Source of the DNA: Polyangia bacterium
GTDB taxonomy: Bacteria; Myxococcota_A; Polyangia; JAAYKL01
NCBI GenBank assembly: GCA_050287845.1
Contig: JBNKCR010000013.1
Coordinates: 41,008-105,007 of the forward strand
Reading direction: 5' to 3'
Length of the DNA: 64,000 bases
Numbering within the stretch: the first letter of the stretch is position 1; each line of letters begins with the position of its first letter. The position numbers were made by a program, and so were the translations under genes. Positions 30,666 to 40,936 of the stretch are shown one piece after another. The notes under the pieces were generated by a model. It was not told the DNA's origin. It saw only the letters and a program-made list of their open reading frames with translations, and made no database searches.

Positions 30666-32264
30666 ATGACTGTTGATACGGCCATTGATAAAATGCTAAC
30701 TTCGGCATACGAGTTTACAGATTCGGCACTGAAACGGCTCCCGATTACATTGCTCATTGCATTGTCTCCCGGAGTCTGCATTGGCATTCTGATGTTCCGG
30801 AATGCAGCACCGAAGTTTCAGATGACCAATGAGATGCCCAGGCATCTGATGCCTCGCATGATGCCAACGACCACAGGCATTACCATTGCCTCGCTGGCTG
30901 TCATTCTTGCAGCATATCTGGTGATATCCGTTTTTCGAAAGCGTTCAGGACAGATTCCGGTGATGGATACCGTCGCCACCCTGAACAGATTCGCCACAAT
31001 CCTTCTGACATTCCCACTATTTCTGTCTCTTGGGATCGATACCCTGCCCGCCGAGCACCCATTTGTCGCCATTGTCATTTCACTCGTCATCGCATCCATC
31101 GTCGGCGGGTACACGTATCGATTTCCCGCAATATCGATGCGAATACCGTTGTGGTCTCAGCAGCACAGCATGACAATCGCCATCGCCATACTATGTCTGG
31201 CAAGGCTTATCCGTATCGCCACTGGCACAGGGCACGTTCTGCCTTCAATCTGGTTGGCGCTGGGCGCCGTCCCAGTTTTTCTGCTTTCCAGACATCATAT
31301 CAAACAGATCTGGATTGGGGCTGCAATCGTTGCGGTGTATCTCCTGTATCCCGGAATCCATGGAATGGTCATCAACAATTTGCATTCCCTTTCCATTGCG
31401 GGCCCCCTGATGCTCTGGTCACTGTATTTTATCGAAGTCAGAAAGTTTGGGCTGTATTTCGTGTCGTTGGGTGTGCTTCTGTTTATCCGCAACGACTTCT
31501 CTCTCGTCATGTTTTTCGTAGGACTTTATATCTTCAGCCGTGAAAAAGACCTGCGCATTGGCCCGGCCGCCATCGGAATCTGTGTTGTGTACTTCGTTAT
31601 CAGCAGGTTATTCATCACTTCCTGGGAGGGGGTGGCCGACTACAACAATTTTTTTAATGCGCTCCAGGTGCAAAACTACCCTCCAGCAATGAGTTTTGCG
31701 ATCACCGCAATGACGAACCCGATGTTTCTGATTAAACACAGTATGCTGGAATACAAGGTAGTCTATCTGCTTTTAATGCTGGCTCCGGTAATGATGCTTC
31801 CCCTTCTGGGCGGACAGCGACTGATCACCTGTGGATACGGCTTCCTTCTCACGTCCCTGGTTTCCAGGCGGAGCGTATGTGATATTGAAAGTGAGTTCAC
31901 CACGTTGCTGTATCCGTTCTTCTTCGCTATCGTTCCCGCTGTACTGCCGAAAATTGGCGAGTATCGATTCGTTTCCTGGTTCCGTCTGGATTCAGAGCGG
32001 CTGGTCACGGCGTTGACTGCGGCGTTATTGGCTTCCGCTATCTGTTTTTCATACAGTTACGGAGGAATTCCCGGATATAAAGCGACAAATTCCGATAATG
32101 AGACATCTTCTGTCGAGGCAGCCGCATTGGCAGCTGCGCTAATGGATATGCGGAAAATGCATAATCAATCCGTCACCGAAAACATAAACACTTTCAAAGA
32201 CGGTTCCATGAGATATAATTTCAGCCAGATAACTCCGGCGTTGCGCATTGTGCGCACCGGATGA
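30666..32264 (+). CDS. DUF2079-like polytopic membrane protein (GT-C-like), internally shortened
   Basis: LGAVPVFLL, YLLYP..HG, LHSLSIAGPL, NPMFL..K.YL..L.P...PLL; homologous to 56214..58244. Confidence 0.7.
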   Translation: MTVDTAIDKMLTSAYEFTDSALKRLPITLLIALSPGVCIGILMFRNAAPKFQMTNEMPRHLMPRMMPTTTGITIASLAVILAAYLVISVFRKRSGQIPVMDTVATLNRFATILLTFPLFLSLGIDTLPAEHPFVAIVISLVIASIVGGYTYRFPAISMRIPLWSQQHSMTIAIAILCLARLIRIATGTGHVLPSIWLALGAVPVFLLSRHHIKQIWIGAAIVAVYLLYPGIHGMVINNLHSLSIAGPLMLWSLYFIEVRKFGLYFVSLGVLLFIRNDFSLVMFFVGLYIFSREKDLRIGPAAIGICVVYFVISRLFITSWEGVADYNNFFNALQVQNYPPAMSFAITAMTNPMFLIKHSMLEYKVVYLLLMLAPVMMLPLLGGQRLITCGYGFLLTSLVSRRSVCDIESEFTTLLYPFFFAIVPAVLPKIGEYRFVSWFRLDSERLVTALTAALLASAICFSYSYGGIPGYKATNSDNETSSVEAAALAAALMDMRKMHNQSVTENINTFKDGSMRYNFSQITPALRIVRTG

Positions 32265-32326
32265 GACGTGAACAATGACAATATCAACCACTGCGTTTTG
32301 ACAGATAGACGCTTCAGGACCCACTA

Positions 32327-33340
32327 ATGGAAAGTATATCGATTGTAGTACCCATTTTTAACGAAGCAGAGAACCTGGTTCAACTGCACGAGGAAATAAA
32401 GGCTGTCTGTGAAGAGCAGGAATACGATTACGAAATTATTTTCGTGGATGACGGTTCAACAGACAATAGCTGCGAGTTGGCAAAAAAGCTGATTCCGCTG
32501 AAATACATTCAGTTGCGTCGAAACTTCGGACAGACCGCTGCCATGGATAGCGGCATTAAAGCAGCCCGAAAAGAATTCATCATCACGATGGATGGCGACC
32601 GCCAGAACGACCCGACTGATATTCCCGGACTGATTGCGCATCTCCGGAAAAATAAACTGGATGTGGTGTCGGGATGGCGGAACAAGAGAAAAGATACTTT
32701 TTCGAAGAAATTCTTTTCGCGGGGTGCCTGGTTGCTCCGTCGTATCATCGTGGGAGACGATATTCACGACTCCGGCTGTTCCCTTAAAATCTATCGGAGG
32801 GAGTGTTTCAACCACCTCACCCTTTACGGAGAAATGCATCGATTCATCCCCGCAGTCCTGAAAATACAGGGGTTCAAACTGGGAGAAATTCCGGTAAATC
32901 ATCGTGCGCGAACGGCAGGGGTGACCAAGTACAACTGGCGGCGGGCATTCAAGGGGTTTGTGGATATGGTCGCTGTCTGGTTCTGGAACCGGTACTCGGT
33001 CAGACCTCTCCACCTGCTGGGTACCATGGGAATCCTGTTGCTGTTTGCCGGAATCGTTTTCAGCGGCTGGACCGTCTGGGAGTATTTTCATGGCCAAAGT
33101 CTCTCGGACACTGTGTTGCCATTGCTCTCTGCGCTGTTTCTGCTTTCCGGCCTTCAGGTTTTTCTTTTCGGTATCCTGGGAGACATGCTGAGCAAGACGT
33201 ATTTCGAAAGTGGTCAGAGCTCGTCCTATTCCGTGAAACAGACTTTCGAGAACACTGATGGAAAGTCGTTGACGCCGTCCACACCGCCCATGAATCTGCC
33301 GAGACCTTCAAACCTGCCGAGACCTTCCACTGCAAAATGA
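32327..33340 (+). CDS. GT2 polyprenol-phosphate glycosyltransferase (GtrB/ArnC-like)
   Basis: VVPIFNE, FVDDGSTD, RNFGQTAA, MDGDRQNDP, GEMHRFIP; two C-terminal TM helices. Confidence 0.92.
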   Translation: MESISIVVPIFNEAENLVQLHEEIKAVCEEQEYDYEIIFVDDGSTDNSCELAKKLIPLKYIQLRRNFGQTAAMDSGIKAARKEFIITMDGDRQNDPTDIPGLIAHLRKNKLDVVSGWRNKRKDTFSKKFFSRGAWLLRRIIVGDDIHDSGCSLKIYRRECFNHLTLYGEMHRFIPAVLKIQGFKLGEIPVNHRARTAGVTKYNWRRAFKGFVDMVAVWFWNRYSVRPLHLLGTMGILLLFAGIVFSGWTVWEYFHGQSLSDTVLPLLSALFLLSGLQVFLFGILGDMLSKTYFESGQSSSYSVKQTFENTDGKSLTPSTPPMNLPRPSNLPRPSTAK

Positions 33341-33358
33341 ATTGCTGATTCCCAAAAA

Positions 33359-33790
33359 ATGACCATTGAAAAACTCTCAACAGTGTTTCGGAAAAAGCTG
33401 GCAAAGCACAAAACAACACTGCCCAAATTTCTGTTCATTGGCGTCTTAAAAACGTTTTCGGCGATATTGCTCAACGGGCTGTTCATTGACATTCTCAAAC
33501 TCCCTGCCCTCATTGGCTCCAGCATCGCATATATCCTTGTATTTATTGGTACATATATCGCGTATGTGAAATCGGGCACCATCCACAAAGGTTTCATCAG
33601 GTACACGATTGTGGTGGCCGCCTTCAATGGACTGGCCGTCGCCATGGTCACTCTTCTGGTGAAATATTGTGGGCTCACCGGATTTTTGAGTTCTTCAATC
33701 ACCACCGCCGCGCTCGTGCTTCTGCGCTATCTCGTGCTGCACAGATTCGGGATTATCAACACCAGGGAAAAACCACCTGAAGCCAGGTAA
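33359..33790 (+). CDS. GtrA-like small 4-TM membrane protein (putative flippase)
   Basis: 143 aa, about four hydrophobic segments, KFLFIG N-terminal motif, directly after GT2. Confidence 0.6.
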   Translation: MTIEKLSTVFRKKLAKHKTTLPKFLFIGVLKTFSAILLNGLFIDILKLPALIGSSIAYILVFIGTYIAYVKSGTIHKGFIRYTIVVAAFNGLAVAMVTLLVKYCGLTGFLSSSITTAALVLLRYLVLHRFGIINTREKPPEAR

Positions 33791-33861
33791 TAATACCGCA
33801 GCAAGTCATCACATTACAAAAGCATTACAGAATGATGGGGCAGGATCGAACCGGGGTGAAA

Positions 33862-35577
33862 TTAATCCGCGTAAATGGTTTTATCCCTTGCCGCGATTTT
33901 AGCGGTTCTGAGAAACAGTTCAGCCATTTGCTGACGAATCACATCAGATCCTTCCGCGTAGAGACTGCGCAACCCGCCATCGTCAAAAATATCAAACGGT
34001 GCCATTACATAAAATGTCCCTTTGCCTACCGGTTTACTCGAAATTAAATCTATCAGAATTTCCGGTCGCTCCCACTGCTCATCTTCGATGTGCTGCGACC
34101 CCCAGGACAGCTGCACCACCGGATCAAGTCCTTCCACTTTCACCCCATGCATCCGATTGTTCACAAACACGCGATAAATACCTTCGGTCCACTCTTTCGA
34201 ACCGTGAACCTCCATGGGCTGCGTTCCCCTGAAATCAAACCGGTCCCCCAGATAGAGTTTAAATCCGAAGTGTTCCTGTAACTGTTCGGCCACTTCTGAA
34301 GAAATGGAATTCAGCGTTGCCAACCACACCACTGATTTTCCCGTTTTAAGGGCATCATCCAGCGTCCTCAAATCTTTTTTGGAAAACTTCCGCCGCGGCG
34401 CCCCCAGAAAAATCACATCGTCTCCGGCTCTCAACCGCTTCGACGTCCATGGGCGAAGCTGAGGTTCCTTTGATAAAAAGCCATATGCCGTCCGGTAACT
34501 GCCCCTATCCTCTTTTTTATGAAGTTCCAGCTCGCTTCTTGCCCCGGTATAGATCAGGAAATCAACCCCATCCGGATACTCGAAATCCACCAGTGCCTTC
34601 TGATCTTCGGCTTTCGCCAACCATCTGATGGCATTCATGGCGAAGCGATGATGGTCATTCCGATACAGGGAAGTATTCGTGAGCGCATTGTGGTCGCCAA
34701 TCACCACCACGCGTCCCTTCCCGAATTCAAACGCTGCCACGCCGGCCAGTGGGCCTTCCAGCTCGCCGTCATCCTTCTTCTTGTTCCCATTGTGAACAAT
34801 CCCCTTTTCGGGACGGTAGTAATCGGACCAGGAACCTTTGGCCGATGAAAACAACACGCCAAATTCCGTATCGAGTGAGCAGCCGTTATAAAAAGAATAA
34901 TCTCTGACGCCCTCAATCACCGGATGCGGCTTTTTCGGGTCCGGATGAAGGGTGGTCCACGACGGGGAACTGCGATGGGAATTCTCTGTGTCACAGATGC
35001 CATCAAACCGGGCTTTCACTGGCATTTCTTCAGTGATCAGATTAAATATGTCGCCCATGAAATGCGCATTCGTATGTTCCACCGTAATAAACAGTCCGCC
35101 GCCATTTCTCACCCACTCCACCAGCGCTGCCCGTTCTCCGGTCGTCATGAAACGGGCGTGATAGGTCTGTTCCCCGACAATGAACACATTGTAGGGTGCC
35201 AGAGACTCGGCGTCAAAGCAGGCATATGTTTCGGTATGCAGCTGATACCCCGCGGTCCGTATGGCATCCATGAACCGATACCACCCCGAAACCGTATGAT
35301 AGTCTGTTCGATATCGCCGATTGTCCCTATCAAAAAGATGTCGCGCACCGTGCACCCCGTCGTAGTAGACGCGAATCTCATTCGTGGGCGTCGGCTTTGG
35401 CTCAGGAGTCCCATCCTTCTTCACAACGTTGGCCCGATGAACGGGGTGATCACTCGTAATCGGGGGACATTCGCCATTGCCACATGCCAAAGAGAGGAAC
35501 GCACACCATGAAACGACAAGGACAGTCATTGTCCGCTGAAGCAGCCGGGGGACAGAATATTGTTTGGGCATCTGCAT
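33862..35577 (-). CDS. Lipoprotein with DUF4350/class-I GATase-like (flavodoxin-like) domain(s)
   Basis: Lipobox SLAC; VYYDGVHG, E.AAL.EWV.NGGGL, GKGRVVVIGD..N..FAMN.I.WL. Confidence 0.6.
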   Translation of the reverse strand: MQMPKQYSVPRLLQRTMTVLVVSWCAFLSLACGNGECPPITSDHPVHRANVVKKDGTPEPKPTPTNEIRVYYDGVHGARHLFDRDNRRYRTDYHTVSGWYRFMDAIRTAGYQLHTETYACFDAESLAPYNVFIVGEQTYHARFMTTGERAALVEWVRNGGGLFITVEHTNAHFMGDIFNLITEEMPVKARFDGICDTENSHRSSPSWTTLHPDPKKPHPVIEGVRDYSFYNGCSLDTEFGVLFSSAKGSWSDYYRPEKGIVHNGNKKKDDGELEGPLAGVAAFEFGKGRVVVIGDHNALTNTSLYRNDHHRFAMNAIRWLAKAEDQKALVDFEYPDGVDFLIYTGARSELELHKKEDRGSYRTAYGFLSKEPQLRPWTSKRLRAGDDVIFLGAPRRKFSKKDLRTLDDALKTGKSVVWLATLNSISSEVAEQLQEHFGFKLYLGDRFDFRGTQPMEVHGSKEWTEGIYRVFVNNRMHGVKVEGLDPVVQLSWGSQHIEDEQWERPEILIDLISSKPVGKGTFYVMAPFDIFDDGGLRSLYAEGSDVIRQQMAELFLRTAKIAARDKTIYAD

Positions 35578-35796
35578 TTTTTAATCCTTCCTTCATAAAC
35601 AAGAAGTTCCGATAGAAATTGCGCCATCCAGAAAATTTCATTCATGAAATGCCCGCTACTCTAGTACTAAAAAGCCAAAAGTCTCAATGGAAAATTTACA
35701 TAATCAATTATTTGGTTTACCCCGAAAGAAAGATGCCTGTGGGGCCATGAGAGTATCGCTTCCGCGCCGTGTTTTTCCGATGCGTACGCATCTCAC

Positions 35797-36435
35797 TTAC
35801 TGTGTTTTTTGAGCAATCACATACGCGCGGCGACTCGCATATTCCACGTCGGGATAGGGTTCCCGCTCAATGACTGCCATTTCAATGAAACCGACGGCCT
35901 GAAGCTGCGCAACAATTTCTTCCGATGGAAAGAGATAAAAATCAACATCGACAGTTTCACCCATAAATTCCGTGAGGTGAATGCGTTCATTTCCCACATG
36001 AAAAGTGAGCAGGAAAAGTCCGCTACCATTCAACGCGCGATACGCTTGACGAAACGCCCGCCGAATCTGCTCGCCAGTAAAATGCACAATACCGTAAAAA
36101 CAGGCGATGCCGTCCAGCGCTCCATCACCGAACGGCAACGCCATCATATCGCCCCGAACGAATGGGATATCCGGAAAGCGCTGTTTCGCCTCCGCAACCA
36201 GATTGCGAGAAAGATCCAGGCCTGCGACAGTCACATTCAAATCCGCCAGGTATCCCGATGTATTGCCGGGACCGCAGCCAATATCCACTACCCGCCCCCT
36301 GTTTTGAAGCTGTGCTGCAAACAGGTGGAGCATCTCCCGATCCTTCCGCTTCCGCGCGTGCTCGTCGGCAAATGCGGCGGTCCACTTCCGGGCAATCCGA
36401 TCATACGATGTTTCGATATTTTTCAGGGACGTCAT
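35797..36435 (-). CDS. Class I SAM-dependent methyltransferase
   Basis: VVDIGCGPG, GLDLS, GDMMALPF. Confidence 0.9.
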   Translation of the reverse strand: MTSLKNIETSYDRIARKWTAAFADEHARKRKDREMLHLFAAQLQNRGRVVDIGCGPGNTSGYLADLNVTVAGLDLSRNLVAEAKQRFPDIPFVRGDMMALPFGDGALDGIACFYGIVHFTGEQIRRAFRQAYRALNGSGLFLLTFHVGNERIHLTEFMGETVDVDFYLFPSEEIVAQLQAVGFIEMAVIEREPYPDVEYASRRAYVIAQKTQ

Positions 36436-36679
36436 TTTCTTCTACCTTTGTGTCTGATCAGAACGCACATTTCGTCGTCAAGCAATTACGCACTTGAAAT
36501 TATACAGCGATCCCCGGCAATACCCAGAGCGATACCCGCTATCGGATATTATCGCACAAATCCATGGCCCCGTATGCAGAATACCTGGCCTCCGAGTCCC
36601 CCCCCGGAAACCACCCGGCCCTGCGCAACAACCATACTGAGAGGTTGACCAAAGGAATCTTCCCCCTTAAACTCCCGCC

Positions 36680-37690
36680 ATGTTTACGCCGATTCATCGA
36701 ATTACTTACATACTTCGTTTATTTGTCATCCCACTCCTCTTTGCCGGATGCAAAGGCGCCAGCGAACCGTCATCTTCCAGTAAAAATGGAGATGAATACC
36801 TGAAATGCGCCGGTGCCGGTGCAGACAGCCTCGTCGAAAAAATCAACCTGCCCCCGCTCACCCTGGTGCGCGATGGACAGGACCTGAAAATCAGCGGACT
36901 TCCCAGTTCCATTGTCAGCATCGGACTATTGGCGGGAATTCACGAAATCACAACGGAGTCCGATCGAAACCTCCGTTTTTTCTTCAACCAGTTCAAGGCT
37001 GCCAAAGTGCAGGCCATCGTTGTTGTCGGCGGTGTCGGTAAAACACAGCAGCAGATGACAAAAATCTTTGAGTTGCTTGGCAGTGCGCCTGTGCCTGTTC
37101 TCATTACTCCCGGCGCCCAGGAAAGTTATGGGGCACTGAAAGCGGTGTTCAAAAAATCCCACAAAAAATATCCCCACCTCATCGACCTTACCCAGGTGCG
37201 CCGCGTGATGATGAATCAGGTAAATTTCATCAGCTTACCCGGATACTACAATCCGTTCTATCTGGAAGCCCGCTCTCAGGGTTGCTCGTATGAGCAATCG
37301 GACCTGGACCAATTGAAAAGCCTCGTCATCGACGACAAAGCCAATGTCCTTCTCTCAGCAACCCCGCCAAAGGGAACCCATCCGTCCGCACCGGATGCCG
37401 GTCGCGGGAATGTCCATATTGGAGACCCGGCCCTGGCACAGACACTGGCGGATTCCAATATTAAATTCGGGCTGTTCGGGCATGTGTATGAAGCTGGCGG
37501 ATATGCGGTTTCAAAAAGCAAGCCCCATGCGCTTGCCGCAGGAATCTGGCAGCCTTCCATGTATCTGCAGGCGGGCAGCGCCGATGCCTTGCCCGTCGGA
37601 TTAACCAATGGTGGCAGAGTTGCCGGAATGGCACATATCGTGGATTTTTCCGGTCACCGGGCGAGGTTCAAACAAATCGTTGCTCGATAA
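36680..37690 (+). CDS. Lipoprotein with degenerate calcineurin-like metallophosphoesterase fold
   Basis: Lipobox FAGC; motif positions LAGIHE / GGV / PGAQE / FGHVYEAGG. Confidence 0.55.
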   Translation: MFTPIHRITYILRLFVIPLLFAGCKGASEPSSSSKNGDEYLKCAGAGADSLVEKINLPPLTLVRDGQDLKISGLPSSIVSIGLLAGIHEITTESDRNLRFFFNQFKAAKVQAIVVVGGVGKTQQQMTKIFELLGSAPVPVLITPGAQESYGALKAVFKKSHKKYPHLIDLTQVRRVMMNQVNFISLPGYYNPFYLEARSQGCSYEQSDLDQLKSLVIDDKANVLLSATPPKGTHPSAPDAGRGNVHIGDPALAQTLADSNIKFGLFGHVYEAGGYAVSKSKPHALAAGIWQPSMYLQAGSADALPVGLTNGGRVAGMAHIVDFSGHRARFKQIVAR

Positions 37691-37828
37691 TCCACGAATC
37701 AGGATACCGCCCAATGGCCCTTTACAAAATCTATGACAAAATACATATTCAATTCGGGTCGACAACGGTAACGGAATTGGTTAATCATCCGCTCAACAAG
37801 TTGTATTGCGGTGAAGGAGGATTTTAAC

Positions 37829-39850
37829 GTGCCTGTAAATTGTAAAATGTGCGGAGCATCCAATGCAGACGGTATTCAGTACTGCTCAGCTTGCGGGACA
37901 CCACTCAAGGATGTCCCGATGGCAGCAGCATCACCGGTAAAATCTCCCGTAAAATCGCCATCGGTTGAAAGCAAAACCATGCTGTTCAATAAGGCACCGA
38001 ACGCGCCAACCGCAGCCCCCGCAGATGCAAAATCAAAGACGTCCACTTCTCAAAAAACGATGCTTGGCGCCCCCGCGGTGCAATTGCCGAATCAGAAGCC
38101 TGTTCCATCGGGCCAGGCACCTGTTGCCCAGCCCAAAAAGACAGCACCGGCTCCGGTGGTGAACCTGGCGCCCCCCAAAGCGACAACCCAACCCGCTCCT
38201 GCAGCTGGAGGCCGAGCCAAAACCGTTCTCGGACTCCCCACTGCCAGCCCTGCAGATGTTGCCGCCGCCGTTGAAGCCGCAAAAAACAAACCGGCACCCG
38301 CGTCTGCGACTGCTCCTGCGAACGCGCAGTCACAACCCCAGACCTCGAACGCAGCGCAACCGACCGGAAATATTCAACGCACCATGTTGCAACCACCGCC
38401 GGAGAAGTCCGTCCAGACACAACTGACCGCGCCAGTCGAAGCATCGCCACCGGCAGCCGCGCCCACGGCGGCAGCATCGGGAAAAGCCGCAGCAGCAGGA
38501 TCCAATGCGTCCGAGCCTGTACCATCAGCGCCCGAGCCCAGACCCGGCGTGATGTCCCAGCAATATGCGCCCCAACCGAATCCGGCCGCCATCGCTGACG
38601 ATGTCTGGCCCGAGGGAGAACCGCCAACCCATCCGAAATCGAGTATGGGAATTATCATTTCAATCGCAATCGCAGCGGTGATTATTGTTGGTCTGATTGC
38701 ATTTATTCTATTCCGGTTTGTTTTTCCGCCCACGACATCATTTGAGCCTCAGATTCTGCCCTCCCATGACGGTGAAACGCTGACCGTGGTGCTGAGTCTT
38801 CCCGATGCGGCGCCCGGAGCGGTGTTGCAGTTTCAAAACCAGAATATCCCCATCGCCGGCGGCAAGGTGCAGTTTCTGATTCAGAAGAAGCAAATGGCAC
38901 TGGGGGCGAATCTGGTTAAAGTGATGCTCGCGGAACCGGGTGCGACGCCAACGGAAATCAGTTTTCCCATCATGTTGCGCCACGTGGCGACCAACGATTT
39001 CAGCAAGCTGGCGGAATCTCCGCCATCCATCGATGTGAGATTTCAGGTTGCTGCGGGATTTTCCATCAAAGTGAATGGCACCCCATGTCCTCTGGAAGAT
39101 GGGGTTTGCACGTTCAACCTCGCAGTCAATGCCACGCAATCGTCCAAAGCCAAAACGCTGCAGTACGCAATTCCATTTGAACTGGTTGACGCATCCGGCC
39201 GCGCCGACCCGGGGCAGCACATCATCACAGTTCCAGTAACCGCCATCCAGCTTGATCGTCCGGCCGAAGGAGCGATCGTGGCAACGCCGAAAGTGACCGT
39301 GGCGGGAAGCGCTGTACCTGGCACCGTTCTCACCATTGACGGCATCCGAGTCACTGCTGGAGATGCGGGATTTTCGACATCGGTCCCACTGAAGACCGTT
39401 GGCGTCAATGAGATTAAACTGAAAGCTGTGGCGCCGGATTCAGCACCCAATATCCGGGATCTGAAAGTGACTCGCGTCACCACACTGAAACCCTATGTTG
39501 ACAAGTGGTCCGCAGACCTGGACGCCAGTTTTAATTTTGCACTACTCTCCCGGGATACAGGCACCCATACCGGAAAGAAAATCCACCTCTCCGGGCGGAT
39601 TATCAATATCAATACCGCAAGAGGTGTGACCGCATTTCTCATGTATGTAGATCAGGGCTGTCCCCAGGGCGGACAATGTGGCGTATATGTTGCGTTCCGC
39701 GGTGAAACCGATGCAGGACTCCAGTCGATGGTCGATGTCTACGGGACGGTCAGAGGCACGCAGGACGTCGATTTCGCTGGCGGCACCAGTAAAACACTCC
39801 CGGCAATCGATGCCGCCTATGTGGTCCCGGTTGAATCCAGAACCAAATAA
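37829..39850 (+). CDS. Zinc-ribbon, Pro/Ala-rich, single-TM protein with periplasmic Ig-like and OB-like domains
   Basis: CKMCG..N...YCSACG; GTG start at 37829 after AAGGAGG; TM MGIIISIAIAAVIIVGLIAFILF. Confidence 0.7.
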   Translation: MPVNCKMCGASNADGIQYCSACGTPLKDVPMAAASPVKSPVKSPSVESKTMLFNKAPNAPTAAPADAKSKTSTSQKTMLGAPAVQLPNQKPVPSGQAPVAQPKKTAPAPVVNLAPPKATTQPAPAAGGRAKTVLGLPTASPADVAAAVEAAKNKPAPASATAPANAQSQPQTSNAAQPTGNIQRTMLQPPPEKSVQTQLTAPVEASPPAAAPTAAASGKAAAAGSNASEPVPSAPEPRPGVMSQQYAPQPNPAAIADDVWPEGEPPTHPKSSMGIIISIAIAAVIIVGLIAFILFRFVFPPTTSFEPQILPSHDGETLTVVLSLPDAAPGAVLQFQNQNIPIAGGKVQFLIQKKQMALGANLVKVMLAEPGATPTEISFPIMLRHVATNDFSKLAESPPSIDVRFQVAAGFSIKVNGTPCPLEDGVCTFNLAVNATQSSKAKTLQYAIPFELVDASGRADPGQHIITVPVTAIQLDRPAEGAIVATPKVTVAGSAVPGTVLTIDGIRVTAGDAGFSTSVPLKTVGVNEIKLKAVAPDSAPNIRDLKVTRVTTLKPYVDKWSADLDASFNFALLSRDTGTHTGKKIHLSGRIININTARGVTAFLMYVDQGCPQGGQCGVYVAFRGETDAGLQSMVDVYGTVRGTQDVDFAGGTSKTLPAIDAAYVVPVESRTK

Positions 39851-39880
39851 CCCGAACACAGTATCCCCCTGACAAACAGA

Positions 39881-40936
39881 ATGAAAACAGATCTATTCGA
39901 CTACGAACTTCCAGAATCCCTCATTGCATACTACCCTCCAGAGAAACGGGATGGCGGCAAACTGCTTGTGGCATCCACTTCAACGAGACAACTGCAACAC
40001 AAAAACATCTGTGACCTGCCGAATCTGCTGCCGGAGAACTGTCTGCTCATCGCCAACGACAGCAAAGTGATTCCGGCAAGACTGTTTGCCAGACGCCCTT
40101 CCAGTGGCGCGGTGGAGGTACTTCTGGTGCGACTGGAAGAATCCGGAGACACCTGGTGCGCATGGAGTACATTGTGCAAGGCAAACAAGCCCATTCGAGT
40201 GGGCGATACCATCTGTTTTGGAGACCTGGCCGTTGCCACAGTCACCCATGCCGGAGAAATGGGTCATCGAACCCTTCGCATCGATATGGCGGCAGATGCC
40301 TTTCGGGAATATGTGTTGCAACACGGTGTCATTCCACTGCCGCCATATATCAGAAGAGCGGCGTCGGAAAGTGACCGGGAGCGGTATCAGACGGTGTTTG
40401 CCAGATACGAGGGTTCGGTCGCTGCGCCCACTGCCGGACTGCACCTCTCCGATGAACTCATTCAACAGATTCGCCGCCGGGGATGCGAACTGGCATTTGT
40501 AACGCTGCATGTGGGCCCCGGAACGTTTCGTCCCATTACGGCCGGCAGTACCGACGACCATCGCATGGATATGGAACACTACACCATCACAGACGAAACC
40601 GCGGAGAAAATCAATAGCGCCAGGCAGGCGGGAAGACCCATCATCGCTGTGGGCACAACGACCGTCCGAACCCTGGAGGGAAATGCGGCGGTCAACGACG
40701 GCCATGTGGTTTCCGGCAATGGTACCACAGATATTTTTATTTCTCCGCCATATGATTTTCGCATCGTGAATGGACTCCTGACCAATTTTCATCTGCCCAA
40801 ATCCACCCTGCTCTGCCTGGTCTCTGCCCTTTCCGAACGCACGTTCATCCTCGATGCCTATAACGAGGCAGTAAAAAATGAATACCGCTTTTACAGCTAC
40901 GGCGATGCCATGCTGATTCTGCCGGAGCAACCATGA
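39881..40936 (+). CDS. queA: S-adenosylmethionine:tRNA ribosyltransferase-isomerase
   Basis: FDYELP, PLPPYI, YQTVFA, AAPTAGLH, TLHVG.GTF, TNFHLP, RFYSYGDAM. Confidence 0.98.
   Translation: MKTDLFDYELPESLIAYYPPEKRDGGKLLVASTSTRQLQHKNICDLPNLLPENCLLIANDSKVIPARLFARRPSSGAVEVLLVRLEESGDTWCAWSTLCKANKPIRVGDTICFGDLAVATVTHAGEMGHRTLRIDMAADAFREYVLQHGVIPLPPYIRRAASESDRERYQTVFARYEGSVAAPTAGLHLSDELIQQIRRRGCELAFVTLHVGPGTFRPITAGSTDDHRMDMEHYTITDETAEKINSARQAGRPIIAVGTTTVRTLEGNAAVNDGHVVSGNGTTDIFISPPYDFRIVNGLLTNFHLPKSTLLCLVSALSERTFILDAYNEAVKNEYRFYSYGDAMLILPEQP

Noticed and set aside
33293..33328. 18-bp tandem duplication (NLPRPS x2) at the GT2 C-terminus
   Set aside because: Real, but probably a neutral slippage in a disordered tail
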